From: Calcarisporiella thermophila CBS 279.70
Lineage: Eukaryota; Fungi; Calcarisporiellomycota
Assembly (NCBI RefSeq): GCF_041956535.1
Contig: NW_027192222.1
Coordinates: 1-64,000, forward strand
Length of the DNA stretch: 64,000 nt
Direction: 5' to 3'
Position 1 is the first letter of the stretch. The number at the start of each line of letters is the position of its first letter. The notes under the pieces are model-generated. The model was given only the letters and a program-made list of their open reading frames with translations, did no database searches and was not told where the DNA came from. The position numbers and the translations under genes are program-made. Shown here in pieces: positions 23,161-36,992 of the stretch.

Positions 23161-26100
23161 CTTTTGCTATTGCATGAACCCCTCTAGCATGACCTCATCA
23201 CAGATGCCACGTCTTTACGGTATATGGGGAAAATTCTATTTTTCACCGCATACATACTTATCCTCTCCTCTTCTTTATTCAATAGAAATATTTGAAGCAA
23301 CCCAATACCCTCACCCTTGTGAAAAGTGCGCATGGATGTATGGATGAGCGAGAAAATCCGATGCTCTCATCTCTGACAACCTCCAAATATATGGACATAA
23401 ATCAAGCATATCTTCTTTCGTTCTCGATCCTTGTCATGGCTGAGCCATTTTCCGTCAGAGAAGAACAAGATATTAACCCTGGCTGACAATCAGAATTGGC
23501 CAGGCAAGCACGGTGCGGCTCAGCTATTGCGTTCTTGGTATACCAATTTCTCTCAACCTTCGATCTTGAGGTCGATAGGCGGCGGTTCAATGGATAGGAC
23601 GTGGCCTCCGCTCACTGTTTATTAATATGTCTCTGTCCAGACATGTGTACAGTTTCCTCCTAAAAGCTCAAATAAAAGGTATAAGAAACTTCTTGCCCGA
23701 AGAGCTGGTCTCTGGTGATCAAAACCCCATTTCCTTTTGTTTTCTTTCCTATGCACGGCCTAAAGGAAATAGTCTTCTATTTTAACCAACAATTACATTC
23801 TAAATTATTTTCATAATAATAATGCCCATATTTGTTCGGGTGGATGGGCTAGTTTATTGGTATAAGTGATCTGAGGTAGAGGTTCGCTTCTACTCTCGAA
23901 GCGTATATTCAACCAGAAATAAGCTTTTAACGAGACTCGTTATATCTACTCTAATCGAAGAATGGCCTAATTCTTAAGGGCTAGTAAAAACGAGCTGATG
24001 ACGTTGAATGTATGCTATTATTTTGAAAATGATCAATTTTATCTAGGCCTCCACCCGTTTCTTCCTCCCTGCGGAATAGAAATGCGTGTAATTCGAACCC
24101 ATTTTCTGCCCAAAACCTCTCTAAACTATTGCTCTATATGACCTTGACTCTGGCCGATGGCTTATGAGGGATTTTTAGGGACTGATGCATTGAGCGCCTT
24201 ATATACAATGCTTCAGGGGATGCTCCCGTCTATTAAATTAAACGGGATGAGGAGGAGGCACTATGAACCATTATTACAAACTCCCGTGAAAGTATCCCCA
24301 AGCTTGGGCATGTCGCTTTACAGGTTCACGTCGTTGCAATGATATGGTGTCCTGCTATAGAAACCTATAGGATTGCCATGGAGAGTCTAAGTAGCTCCTC
24401 TGACTCTCCTCTCTCGCGGGTGTGCTTAGAATTCATTCCCAAGCTCAGGTGCCTCCCATGGCGAGAATAAAAGTAGATTGAGGCTGTTCTACTCGATAGC
24501 TTCGTAGTTAACTCTTCTCCAATCAGTTTTTGCTTTGCATTTAGCTCTTCCATCCAAACTCTCCGCCCTTCAAGTCACTACCAGCCGGAATCCCCCCTCT
24601 ACCTTCTTCCTGTCCCCCATCTAGTGCCAAAAGCCATCCTAGCCACTCTATTTAAGCCGGCATCCGTCGCTCCCCACGCACAATAAAACGCGATCTCCAC
24701 TGACCTATGCATTCTCTGCTTACCATGACTGCGATTTAGACTTAATGCGCTGAGACAGGAGCCTATCCCTCCTCCAGCCACGGGCCGTTACCACTGGCGA
24801 GTTGGAAAGAGTTGATTAATCTCTCCCATACACAGGCGCATCTGCTCCCCAAACCTCGTCTGTGCCGTGCCCATCGTTCATATACCTAGTTAGGAACAAG
24901 CGGGATAGGACAAAGTTCAGCCAGCACATGATGGTTCTTCCGGCGTAGAAATTTCCTCCTGAAGCCGACTCAGAGCACTTGCACAAGCAGCCTGATGAAG
25001 CAACACTTCGGGCGCCCATTCGCGAGACATTCTCCGAGAACACGGAGCGAAAAAAAAAATAAAGATCGAAGCTTCGCTCGAGCTTAGTCTCAGGCCTGCG
25101 ACTGGCCGCAGCCTCAGCGCGTTTGGATGGAAAAGGGAGGCGGCACCACGCTCAGAACCAAGGAACCAGTCTCCCCCTTCTGTCTCCCAAATAATTGCCA
25201 TTTTTGGGCCTCTTACCTCGTGTGGGCGCGAATATCACCGGACGGGCGATGGAAAGCTAACCTGCCCAGTGTTAAGCCGTGCTCCAAGGGGGAAGCATAA
25301 GGATGCCAAAGACGAGGAGTGTCTTTTTTCTTCCTCATTCCCAAAAGTAGCGAGGTCAAAAGTGCATCTGCGGTGCTAGGATGGGGCCCGCCCATGGACC
25401 CACAACCCCTACGGCGTCTCCCCCCGAGCCACCCCATCTCATCAAGGCAGAGGAGGTGGGCTGACAACTAAACAGGGTGGATAGGCTCGGCTGAGTCAGA
25501 CGGGCCACAAGGTTAAGCTCAAGCTTACCCCCGACGTTGCTCCCGCAGCTGTGTGCTCCGTCCACGCCAGTCACTCTCGCCCCACCGCCTTCCCATACAT
25601 AGAAACCACGACGTGGTCCCCTTCCTATTTGTCCTCGATTGAAGCCCCGCGGCGGGCATCGAGTGGTTCCGCAAATAGGGGGCGCCCAAGTTTAGTGGGG
25701 ACAAAGCATTTTCTGGGAGCGGTGTGGAAATGAAAAATCAACAATTTAAGCATCCCCCATGACACAAACGGCAGCATGACGTCCACCCGCACCCGATTTC
25801 GCGCTCTTGAAATTTGTCGCCAGCCATGGTCGCACCCCGTCCCACGTAATATATCGAACTTTCGTATTAGCCGGTACCACCGTTGGCTAGCCCCCGCCCC
25901 CCCGCTGGGCTATGGGCCAGGCCCGCCCCCTTGTTTCCTATTCAAGCCGGCCACGCACAGTCCGATTTCATGCACAAAACCGAGCATGCCGCAAGCTGTC
26001 AACGTGAAGCTTATTGACGTGCTGTGGGCCGCCCAAGTGCAGGCGGCATCTCCCGTGTATAGGCGGGAGGGGTACAAGCATGTCTTTTGCAAACCGCTCG

Positions 26101-27755
26101 GTTTGTTTGTGCGAGGCGGCCTGTTTGCATTGTAGGAGAGGGCCCCTACTGCAGATCTGCCTGTTCGATGGTATGGTGGCTTAGCTATTTATGCAGATGA
26201 CGTCTGGAAGGGGGCTGATAGCTCCTGGCTCATGGGCCCACCCAACCCAACTCTCCACCGTCGTGGAAGGTGGAACGAAAGGAGGGAAGAGGACGAAGAA
26301 GCCCCCTTCTTCTCCCCCGTCTCCCCATTCCCCTTGCTCACCACACAGCCGCCCTATTAGTTAGGGGGAAGTATTAGGAGGACGGTCGGTGGCTGGCAAT
26401 TATGTGTGGGAAAACATGCGAGACTGTGCTTCAAGCCAAGAACGGGGAGAGGGGAAGGGTTCCGAAAAGGTTTTAGAGATTCCAAGTTTAAATTGGGGGA
26501 TTTCAAGACCCGACTATGGATTCGGACTAATTGGCCTCGATTCGCATCCGGCGCCTTCCTCCTTCTAGGCAAATTGGGGTATCGTGGAGGAATGTTGCCG
26601 CCTGGGGGAGAGCGCCTAGCGCTTATGGGCAAAAGGCCTGCGCGGCTCGTCGCCTTTGGCCGCCAGGGATGGGCAAAGCTGCCAAGACCATGCCGCCGCC
26701 TCTTCCCATGCAGCTCTGGGCACCAGTGAACGAGCGGGTACGTCATCTCCTGCAAGGGACCAGGGCATGAATCCGTCCTCAGCCATGAACCCAGAGGTGA
26801 AAGGCAATGGAGGGCTTGAGCCCGAACAGATCGGACCGGAGCGCCGTGGTTGAGACAGAGGAGAACGTTGCGGCCCGAGCGCCTGGGGGAAGAGATCTGG
26901 ATGCGCCCAGCCAAGCTGCGCTGCCGCGCGTCAAGCGCGCCAACGCCGCAAGATCCACGGCACGAGATGGCCGACAGAGGGGCGCGGCGCTCCGAGTAGG
27001 CGACGGGGGAGGCCATAATTTGGCCCAGCGCCGAATCGGAGTGGAAGGAGGTTAATGCAGTATAAGGAAGGCTGCGCATGCAGAGGAAGTCCGGCATAAG
27101 GCGGGCGGCAGGCGAGCTCCATATCGGCCGTAGCTCCGGGCCATGGCCAGGGGAGAGGAGGGGTTGTGGAAGAAACTAGAGAGTGGGCAAGGCACGGAGG
27201 CGGGCTCCGGGATATTTTCGTGGGATTTGGCATTGGGCAGACCTCTTTAGCGCTTGCAAAGGAAAAAAATGCTTTGGCGACCCCCTTCATGCCCCGTGGG
27301 AAGTTGAGGTAGCACCTTTCATGGAACTCTGTAACTTGTCATGTGGAGGGGGTGTGTTCCCCCAATGACCGCGCGGTGACACAGCATGAAAATGTGCGTG
27401 TTTAGGGAATCGATTTGCATCCCCGACCACGGTGCAAGCATTTTTGAGGCTCAACCAAACTCAATTTAAAATCATTGCAGCAAAAATTTTTTATTTATAT
27501 TGCCCGAATTCCTCGCCGCATTTCCGTTGCTCTCTTCGCTCGCCCTCTCTGTTTTCTCCCGTGCCTTGTTCCTGCCGCATCCCGCCGCCGCAGCCTGCGC
27601 TCTCCGCCGCCCTCGCTCTTGCCGCCCGCTGTTTCTTCTGTCTTCGCCATAGCTTCGGTGCTGAAACCTAGCTCTCATATCTGTCTCGGCGCTCCTACCC
27701 TCTTGTCGTCATCTCTTCCAACGCAAAAGCAACCAAATACAAGCACAGCTCTACT

Positions 27756-29392
27756 ATGCTAGGCAACAAAATTCGAGGAGCATGGAACGACTACGTCGCC
27801 TACATTCATGCCCCCAACAATGTTCAAGGTCCAATGCGGCCTTTGGTCAAGCCTTATCGTGTGGTTGCGAAGACTAACTTGACATTATGGTAGGCGCCAA
27901 CTTATTCCATAGCTTCTTCGATAGAAGATTTCTCAATATTCTTGATTCAGGATCTTCATTGGCATGTTAATCGGCATTCTTATCGGCGCTGTGAATCCCC
28001 AGGCTGGAATTACAATTGGACCTTTTGGAACCGCATTCATTCGTATGATTCAGACCCTGATGGTGCCTCTTATTTTCTCCACACTCGTAGTCGGGTAATT
28101 ATTGTTTTGCAAAGCTGATTTCTGATCCCGTGTGAAATGATTCTAACCCCCTTTTCCCGACGCATCATAGTATTGCTGGCCATGGGGATGATCTTGTTCG
28201 TATCGGAAGGCTCGCCTTGAAGTCAATTATCTACTTCCTTATCGTAACCACCCTCGCTCTTGCCGTTGGGTTAGTCATGGTCAACATCTGTCGCCCTGGA
28301 GATGGTATCGATTTGACCAACGTGAGCGTCTCGAAACAGGTCGAAGATTTTAAGAACAAATCAATTACGTGGGAGGACGAGTTCAACAAAATCATCCCAA
28401 AGTCCTTTTTCCAGGCCGCCTCAGATAATGAAGTGCTCTCGATTGTGTTTTGCGCCGTCATGTTTTCCGTGGGTATTATCAAGGTGGATCAGCATAGCAA
28501 ACGTACCATGCTTGCATTCTGCGATAGCCTGTCCAACATAATGTTCAAGGTCGTAGCGCTCGTGATGAACTACGCCCCCATCGGTATTGCTGCCGCTCTC
28601 GCTGCAACGGTTGGTAAAAACGGTGTCGGAGTGCTTATCAATTTGGGCAAACTGGTTGGAACGCTCTACGGCGCCCTCGCGATCTTCGTGTTGGTCATTT
28701 TCGTCCCCATCATCCTTGTACTCCGCATTCCATTTGTGGGCTTCTTAAAACACGTGGGTCTCCCTTGGTTGATTGCGTTCTCAACCGCCTCCTCCGAGTC
28801 GGCTCTGCCCCGTGCCATGGAGAACATGCAGAAGTTTGGCGTCCCCAAGCGAATTGTCGCCTTCGTCATTCCTTGTGGTTACTCATTCAACTTGGATGGC
28901 ACCACGCTTTACCTATCTCTTGCCGCCATTTTCTGTGCGCAGGCCGGTGGCATGAACTTGGATATCGGCCGCCAGCTCGCCATCCTTGGTACTCTCATCC
29001 TCTCCTCAAAGGGTGTGGCGGCCATTCCTCGTGCTTCCATGGTGGTGCTAGCCGGCACGGTGACGAGCTACGGTCTCCCCCAGTCAGCTGTCACATTAAT
29101 TCTAGGAGTGGACGCCCTCATGGACATGGCTCGTACCTCGGTGAATGTGTTTGGAAACTGCCTTGCCTGCGTTGTCATGAGCAAATGGGAGGGTGTGTTC
29201 CGAGGTGAAGAATGGCAAGAGGAGATGCGCCAGCTTGAATTCCAGGCACAGAGAGAACTGCAAGACGATCTGGAGGCCAACAACGAGAAGGTAAACCCGG
29301 ACAACAAGGACGGCGTCAGTGTATCCTATCGTGAGCATGCAGAATACCCCCGCCCCGTCGACATTGAAGAGAGACAAGACAGGCACCCTTAG
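27756..29392 (+). CDS. Dicarboxylate/amino acid:cation symporter (DAACS, GltP/DctA-like); introns ~27889..27950 and ~28095..28170
   Basis: FIRMIQTLMVPLIFSTLVVG|IAGHGDD, AFSTASSESALP, VIPCGYSFNLDGT, SKGVAAIPRAS and DMARTSVNVFGN. Confidence 0.93.
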
Positions 29393-30263
29393 ACACCATG
29401 CAAATACACCCCATGCCACAAGGATCGAGAAACAAACCATGAAACGTAGAAGAGATGCAGAAGTAGGTCCAATCAAACTTGGAAGAACCTAAAGGAGTGG
29501 AGCAAGCGGAGGAGAGAAAGAGTGGACGTGGACAAAAGCGTTGTTTTTTACTTTTAATTTATTTATTTATAGTGTTCTTTTTATCTTTTGTACTTTGCTT
29601 TATCCTATGGTTTAATAAACTTGTCTCTACTTGATTTCTTATATGTATGGGTAATGCTCATTCCTGAAAAATAGAAGACTCCCGGGTCATCGTAGAGAGA
29701 TATCTCTTCAGGGCTTAAGAGCCGAAAAGAAGATTCGCCCATTGCATATGAATGAAGGTAGGTAGGCTTCTCCGATGAAAAGCTGATATACAAAGAGAAA
29801 CTTCAACAAAAAGGGGAGGTGGATAGATTTTAGATTCTCTCAATGCTAGCCTCCCAATATAGCTCATATAGGTAACCCTTTGAGAACCTAGGAGTCTGTA
29901 TCGCCTCTCTGTACCCTCTTCAACATTACAGTTGAATAGTGATCGCCACTTTTGAAGACACAAATCGAAAACCCTATGTAGGGCGAGACCAAATTATACT
30001 CCTACCATTTATCTTCATTTGCTTACAAGTTCACCCACAGCCACCCATTTATATCAAGAGAGTGTTGGAAAAAAAAAGAGGAAATATCACTTTACATATT
30101 CAGGAGAATATAAGAAGAATAAAAGGATCGGAGTTGAGAGAGAAAGGTAAAGAACATGGACAAGAACACAAGACCAATAATTCGTAAGTTAATAAAAAAA
30201 AATCCCTTTGGTGTGATAAAAAAACAAACAAATGAAAGGAAAAACGAAAGGAATGAGGTAAGC

Positions 30264-32552
30264 CTATGCACCATTGCCTCGCAACGTTTGTAAAAGCGTC
30301 TCTCTTCTCGCCTTTAAGAGGGCATGGGGCCCATCCTGGCCATTTCCGCGCGACATGGACGACCATGGCCGCAAGGGTTGTCCGTGAGGAGGCGGGATGG
30401 GGGGCGTGGGGGCTGGATGAGGGTGTGGCTGTGCTCCATGCTGTAAGATATTAAGAAGGGAGTGACGCCGTGCTTGTTGAGAGGCAGCGTCCAGAGCTGT
30501 ATTCACAGGTATCGTTGGTTGGGCCTTGCTGGGGGATTGAAGAAGTGTATGCAGTAAACTTGACTGCCGAGTTGAGATAGGGGCGTTGGTTTGATTGGCA
30601 GGATAAACGGTCGGGGCAGTGGAGTGCATCTTGGCGTGTACGGGAGGCCACACCGGAACCGGCGATTCATGCCGCGGAATGTTGCTTGCCGGGGGAAGTG
30701 AGGATCGCGCGGGTAGGGGAATCCCGCCCGGAAGCATGTGTGAGCTTCGAAAGGTGGTAGCGGTAGCGGGCCGTTGTGGAAAAGGCGGTGAGACCGGGTA
30801 GCTGAGCGAACTGGACCGATAATTTATCGTGCTAGAGAGGTTGGAAAGGGCGGTGGCGGTGGGTGGGGTGGAAACGGGAGGTTGGTACTGTTGCGGTTGT
30901 TGCGGCTGTTGCTGCTGCGGTTGCGAGACGTGATTAGAGGAAATGCCAAGGAGGCTCTTGAGGGCGTCGGATTTTCCGACGGGCCCTGCTGTTGTAGGGC
31001 GCTCGGCAATCCCAAGCATCGATTTCAGCATATTGCTAGCGTCCGCTCCTTGGCTCATCCCGCTCTCGCGGCCGCCAATCATGGGTATACTCGAAATCAC
31101 GGCCGGGTCCACATGAGAATTGTGCATGACAGGCGTCTGGTCGAGTGGCTTGTGATTGTTAAGATCGGATGTATAGCCTTCTCCGGTTTTCCTTTTCGCT
31201 TTTTTGCGACTGCTCACCCATTGCCGCAATTTTCTACACAAAAACATGGACCCGTTAGCGGGAATTGGATGAAAGAACTCGTCCACACTCGAGTCCGTAC
31301 CCGACAAAGGGCACCACCAAGAAGAAATTACTCCGATTTTGCTTGATGATGGACTGTCGCACTGTGCGCCCCTCCGTATCGCTCTTTGCTCCGCTACCTC
31401 CCCCTCCACCGTATCTGTTGTTCCCACAAGCTCCACTGGGAATGGCCCCACCGTTCATCCCTTTAGCGGCGCTATCCGGTCGCCAAGTTGGAAGCTCCGA
31501 AAGTTTATGCCAGGCAATTTTCTAAAAAAAAGAATGCCGATTTAAAGTTAACTATGATATAGAGGAGAATGCTTCATCAGGCTAGTGATGCCATACGCTG
31601 ATCTCTTTACGAGTTTGCGGACAAAATTCTGTCTTTTCTGGCACACCCTCCACCAAGTAGAGTCGTATCCGCTGCTCCTTCAGAGTCATCTCGATGTACT
31701 CAGTCTCAACAAGATAGGGTGAGATATCAAATCCTGTCTCTTCATAGACCTAATTAAAAATAATAGGAATGTCCAGGTTTCCGTTGAAAATAAAAAACAA
31801 GGGTAAAATCAATGTACCTCTCTAATTGCACAGCTGTCTTCTGATTCATCCTTGTTTATTTTACCCTTTGGAAAACCCCAACTTGAACGGGAAGACCAGC
31901 CTTTTACTAACAGACACTGGAGATAAAATTGTACGTAGAGAGATCGGATTAGAGAGATTAGCCATTCATTACAAGCATCGTGGACGACATACCTTATCTA
32001 GCTTTTCATTCAATATAATGGCCCCACAAACTGGGACCCGGATCTTGTATTGCATAAAATCTGCGAATGCACGTTCATGATCGTTGGACCACTGACTTAG
32101 GAGTGGGCAATGCTGAAAAAGTAATCAAAATCAACAGGTTAAGGACAATGGTCTGCCCATCTGTACACAGATGGGTCCACTAGAACAATGTTTAAATAGT
32201 AACAAAGAAAAAAAGGAGGTGGAGGGGGATGAACAAAAAGGATATTTTTCTTTGAAAAGTTCTTTAGATTAAAACTGGGGAGCTGTGGGTTCTGTTCGCG
32301 AACAAAGTCTTCGTAGAACCAGTGTGCTTGCTCTATCTGGAAGCAGATGCGCTCCACGCTTTGTAGCTCTTCCTCAGGTACATTGATAATAAATCGACTA
32401 AAATAATGGGATTGGGAGCGGAGGAAGAAGATGGAAATCGGGCAGAACCCACAAGATCAATTCTTAAATTCTCCCATAGAATTGAGAAGAATGAATGGTC
32501 ACCTGCAGAGATCATCTAGGATTTCGTCCAACGTTGCTTGCGCAAGCGACAT
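30264..32552 (-). CDS. DCP2: mRNA decapping enzyme Dcp2 (multi-exon, disordered C-terminus)
   Basis: [16 protein letters not shown]|[25 protein letters not shown] (Box A), [10 protein letters not shown] and Nudix box CAIRE|VYEETG; C-terminal LL-x-L helical leucine-rich motifs. Confidence 0.93.
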
Positions 32553-32994
32553 TAGGGCTGTAATATATATACAAAGATGCCTATAATAATGGAATGGGTA
32601 CGCGTTCTCAGAAAATAAGAGTGGAGGGAAACCTTTTCAGCCTGTGTGGCTTGCTTGAGAAACTGAAATAGAGAGCAGATCAATTTTGTTTTTTGTGCTA
32701 AAGTTTGGGCCATGCACCAAGTCACGAATTAGAAATGGTCCAAAATGTTACGTCGAATATATAGCCGCTATGGAAGAGACGTGAAGCACCGGTTCTCAGG
32801 AAAGAGTATGTATAAATTGAGGAAAGAGAAAGGGGAAAAAAAATGAAATAGCATAAAATTCACACAAAGGCATAGGCAAAGAATAAAAAGCAAACAGTGG
32901 TTTTTTTCGTAGAAAACAGGAGTAAACAAATCGAAGAAAATAATCATCAGGCTAAGAAATGTATATAGAATATTACACAAGAGTCTAGTCCAAT

Positions 32995-35130
32995 TCAATC
33001 CACTTCCGCATGGTCGTCGGCGTCTTGTACGGTGGTTGCATATTGCCCTCTCGAGCTACTTCCACTGGAGTTATCCGCATTTTGCGTGTCAGCATTATTG
33101 CCGGACGTGGGGGCATTAGTGGACGAAGATGGACCAGTGGCAGCTGGTTGTGTTGAGGTGGCAGGGTTGGAGAGATTAGACTGAGGCGGGGTAGGCAACA
33201 CATTAATTGCCTGTGTTAGCACGTTGATTGCTTGGAAAATTTGCTCCTGGGCAGCAAGTAGAATACGAAGCCTTTCCGCGAGGGCCTCGCGAGTGGTTGT
33301 CTCCAGTAACCGAAGCTGATCGTCAGTTAAGTCTCGAAGAGCTGCTGCCGATGGCTCAACTCTAGGAGGCTGCAATGACGAGGATAGGAAAGCAGCTGTC
33401 GCGGTATTAGAAATGGATGCAACAGGGAGCGAAATATTAACTGGTACTGCTCCCACCTGAGCGGCTTCACCCGAGGATGTAGCCTCTCTTTGGGATGTCT
33501 CTGGATTATGTTGCTGTAGTTGTTGCTGCTGTGGTTGCATAGCTGAGCCACCCTGCTGCCAAAGAGGAGGAGCATTTCCCATCGGAGGCATGAAAAATAC
33601 AGGAGCATATGTTGTGGTAGGATTCATGAGGGGAGGGGAAGCGATGGGACCTTGAGGAGTGTTAGGGAGAGGTGGGATGATGGGCTGAGCTGGTTCAGGT
33701 GTCTCCTGAATGACCGATCGCCGACTATTTAGAAATAATAGAATGAATGAATGCCTCGGTACAACTCAAATTCATGTGCATTTTACCAGGTTGGGCAAGC
33801 TTGCTGTCTTTCTAGCCAACTTCTCAAACACCTAAAGTGGAACACATGCCCACACGGCAATCGCTTTGGATTTTCCCCAGGTGAGTTGCTTGGCCCTCCC
33901 GCGCCGTTGGCCTGTCTCTGCCTATTGGTAGCGGTTCTCGCCACCATCTCTTCTCTGCAGATAATACAGGTACGATCACTCATTCGTTCGAATTCCTCTT
34001 CAGTCGCGTCTGGGTATCGTTCATCCATATTACGTGTCGCACGGCGATATCGCAACAAGTCACGACATTTTTGGAGGAATGAGCGCATTGTCAGGTAGAC
34101 ATCACGAATAACATGCAGAGGGAGCCCATAGTATTGGCTCACCACGCCACAAAAGATAAGATAGGTGATAAGTTTAAAAAGATCTGATGTAAAAAAAAAA
34201 ATACACCGTTTAATCCGGCGTTAATATACTGTTCTCAAAAAAAGCGGGGGAGTGAACATAGCATTAGATGTTTACCAGTCACTAAATCTAAGTAGAAAAG
34301 GTAGAGCGATTTCTCCTCCCAGTGACCCTCACGCCTCATATCCATGACATGCAAACAATATCGCGCCATAGTGGAGAGTATCGTCAACACAAGTATGGCA
34401 TACTGTTTTGGAAATAGAGATTTGTAAAAAAAGCACTCGAGTTTGCATTTCAATTACAATAATTCATACCTCAAATCCAAACATAATCTCAAGGCTTCCC
34501 GATTTTGTTCTCAAAGTCACCTCTACTGCATGGAACACTCTCCAGAAGTCGATATACCATAAGATCAACATCACGATGACAATGCGAGTATGGAAACGGG
34601 GCGAAAGAGTAGGCGATTGACTCATCTAATTATGAAATAAAAAATGTCAGGAAAAAAAAATCAGGGAAAATCGAATGTTCGAAAATCTACATAGTCAACA
34701 CGATCCTGGGAGATCCAATGAAAGATTTTGCAAAAGAGCAGCATGGTAAGACTCCAGATGAATGCAGCATTAAACTGTTCCCGAAATATAGTCATTGCAA
34801 GACAAGCCTCCATCACCGAATACCAGGAGCGCTCATATAAATGCTAAGTATAAGAATTAATCCGCAATTAGTTTGATCGTGACAAGAATGTTAGATTTCA
34901 CGACATACCTCGACCTCAATCGCCCGCAATTCTCCGAAGAATATTCGTTGCAACATTTTCCCAAACAAGAATGTCAAGAGGAACCCCATGTTCATCAAGA
35001 CAAGTAGGCAGGCGGAAGAATGAGAGAGGAAGATGCTTGCTGAATAGTAGTTAGAGCGCAGTGAGAGTGACCAAAGCACCGTGGCTGCAAAAAGCAGACC
35101 ACTCACGCCAGCGTAGGCCGTTAAGCGCAT
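32995..35130 (-). CDS. HRD1: ERAD E3 ubiquitin ligase Hrd1/synoviolin
   Basis: IFFGELRAIEVE, LYERSWY, YGLPLHVIRDVYLT and RING-H2 CIICREEM...PKRLPCGHVFHFRCLRSWLERQQACPT. Confidence 0.95.
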
Positions 35131-35602
35131 CGCTTGCAATTATGCGGCAAAAATGAAAGCACGAGTGGGGAAAAGAGACGCGTCGATCAGTCTAATTGGA
35201 CAAGTGAAATTAAGCGTATTATAAGGAATGTAAAATCAGAACAAGTATCAAGCAAACAATGTGATCAGTACTTCGAGGAATCGTTATTGGAGATTATGAA
35301 GTATGAAATACTTTGACATCCAAAAAATTACGTGGTGAATAATGGGTGGCTCACAAAGAATATAATTCTCAATTACATTATATATAACCTAACCTAAACC
35401 CTTCATCCAAGAGATATATTGGATTAAAAATAAATTGCGGTTCGGGCAAAAAATGTCCAGCATGTTTAATAGACAAGAGACTCTTTTATGTATAAGGTTA
35501 TTGTTTACTGAAAATGTATTGATATTTTATTTAACCACCTTTTTCCGAAAAACAAAGCTTCGTTCGTCCATACTAACCCACCCCCTATTAGTTTATGTAA
35601 AT

Positions 35603-36386
35603 TTACTCGGGAGTCCGTGATCGTGACTTGCTACGATCACGCGCGGGAGTTGGAGAGCGACTCCTACGATCTGCCTCCTCTTCTTGTCGCTTTGGGGAAG
35701 GTGAACGCTCTTGTCCGTTCATGCTGTCACGCCTTGGTTCGTCGCGAGGTTCTTCGTCTTGACGTCTAACTGGAGACCGGCTTCGGTCGCGGGGTGAGCG
35801 GTCGTAGTCGTTTCGTCGGGGAGAGGGTGAGCGTGAATACCGCCGGCGGCGAGGCGATGGAGAACGACGACGACGAGGGGGAGGGGATCGATCGCCACGA
35901 CCGCCACCAGGTGGGAATTTCGCCCACTGTTTGAAGAAATCGTATTAAGAAGGTATCACTAAGTGTAAGATTTGTGCTATTTACCTGAACATTCAAAACA
36001 TAACCGTCCACACGGCGGCCATGCATCTCATGGTAAGCATCTTCCGCATCGCGAGGGTCTTCAAATTCCACAAATGCAAAGCTAGAAATTGCCATGCAAA
36101 GGTATTGGATCAATAATCAATCAAATTAACGAGAAAACCACCAATGACTTACAGCCTGGATGACGATGATTTGGGTGCAGGAATATCACAGCGCACCAGA
36201 CGGCCGTACCTGCATATATCCGAAGAGGAAGGGGGCGACGAGGGTTGAGGGGGTCAGTTACGAGGGAGGGGATCGTAAAAAAGATTTTTCCGAAAATCTT
36301 TACCGCTCGAATTCGTATGCTAAATCTCTAGCGCGGAGGTGGCTGCCAAAACCAACTACGAAGAGTGTTGTCCGTCCACGGGTCAT
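35603..36386 (-). CDS. SR-type splicing factor (RRM + RS domain)
   Basis: [17 protein letters not shown]|[13 protein letters not shown]1-like [15 protein letters not shown], then an RSPSPRRR-rich tail. Confidence 0.9.
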
Positions 36387-36992
36387 TTTGGCTGACAATC
36401 AAAATGAGCAAGTCTGTTTATTCCGTTTGTTCCGAGAGCCCTCAAAGGCTTTGGAAAAGAAACGAAAAATCCATCGAGTTGTTTAAAAAATTTGTTGAGG
36501 GCAAGTATCCCCTCGGTGTTGTAAAATGAAAGAATTTAATTAAGCTCAGGTTGAATAGCAATTAAAGTTGAGGATAAAAGAAGCCTCGACCAAGTCGCTC
36601 AAGTCAATAGGGCACAAAGGAGCGGCCTGATCACGTCCTATATCAACTTTTTTGTTGACGGTGCCATAGCTTATATGACCTAGAAGACGGCGCAGCACAG
36701 CTCCATCGCTATGAGACTCATTTCCTCGAGTTTCCAAAGAGGGACCGTGGCCAATCACAGGCGTTCGATCTAATTGTCCTTAATGAATCGGTTGAATAAG
36801 GCTAATGGACATTTATTTTATTTCCTTTTTATTCCATATAAAAAGAAACCGATTTTCGCACCAGACCTTTTTATTTCCCCTATTTTCGTCCTTTGCCAAA
36901 TAGCTTGCTTCGTTTCAAAGACCCTAATATACGCGTAATTAGTCTCATTATACTTCGCACTGGCTTTTTATTTGAAAAAGTATATCGAAGTA

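Noticed and set aside
26357-27290. 246-aa and overlapping ORFs in the GC-rich tract
   Set aside because: Arg/Pro/Gly-rich composition, no motifs and ORFs in all frames, as expected by chance at high GC.
33860-33945. Long insertion inside the Hrd1 RING-H2 finger
   Set aside because: Low-complexity insertions at this position are common in fungal Hrd1 proteins.
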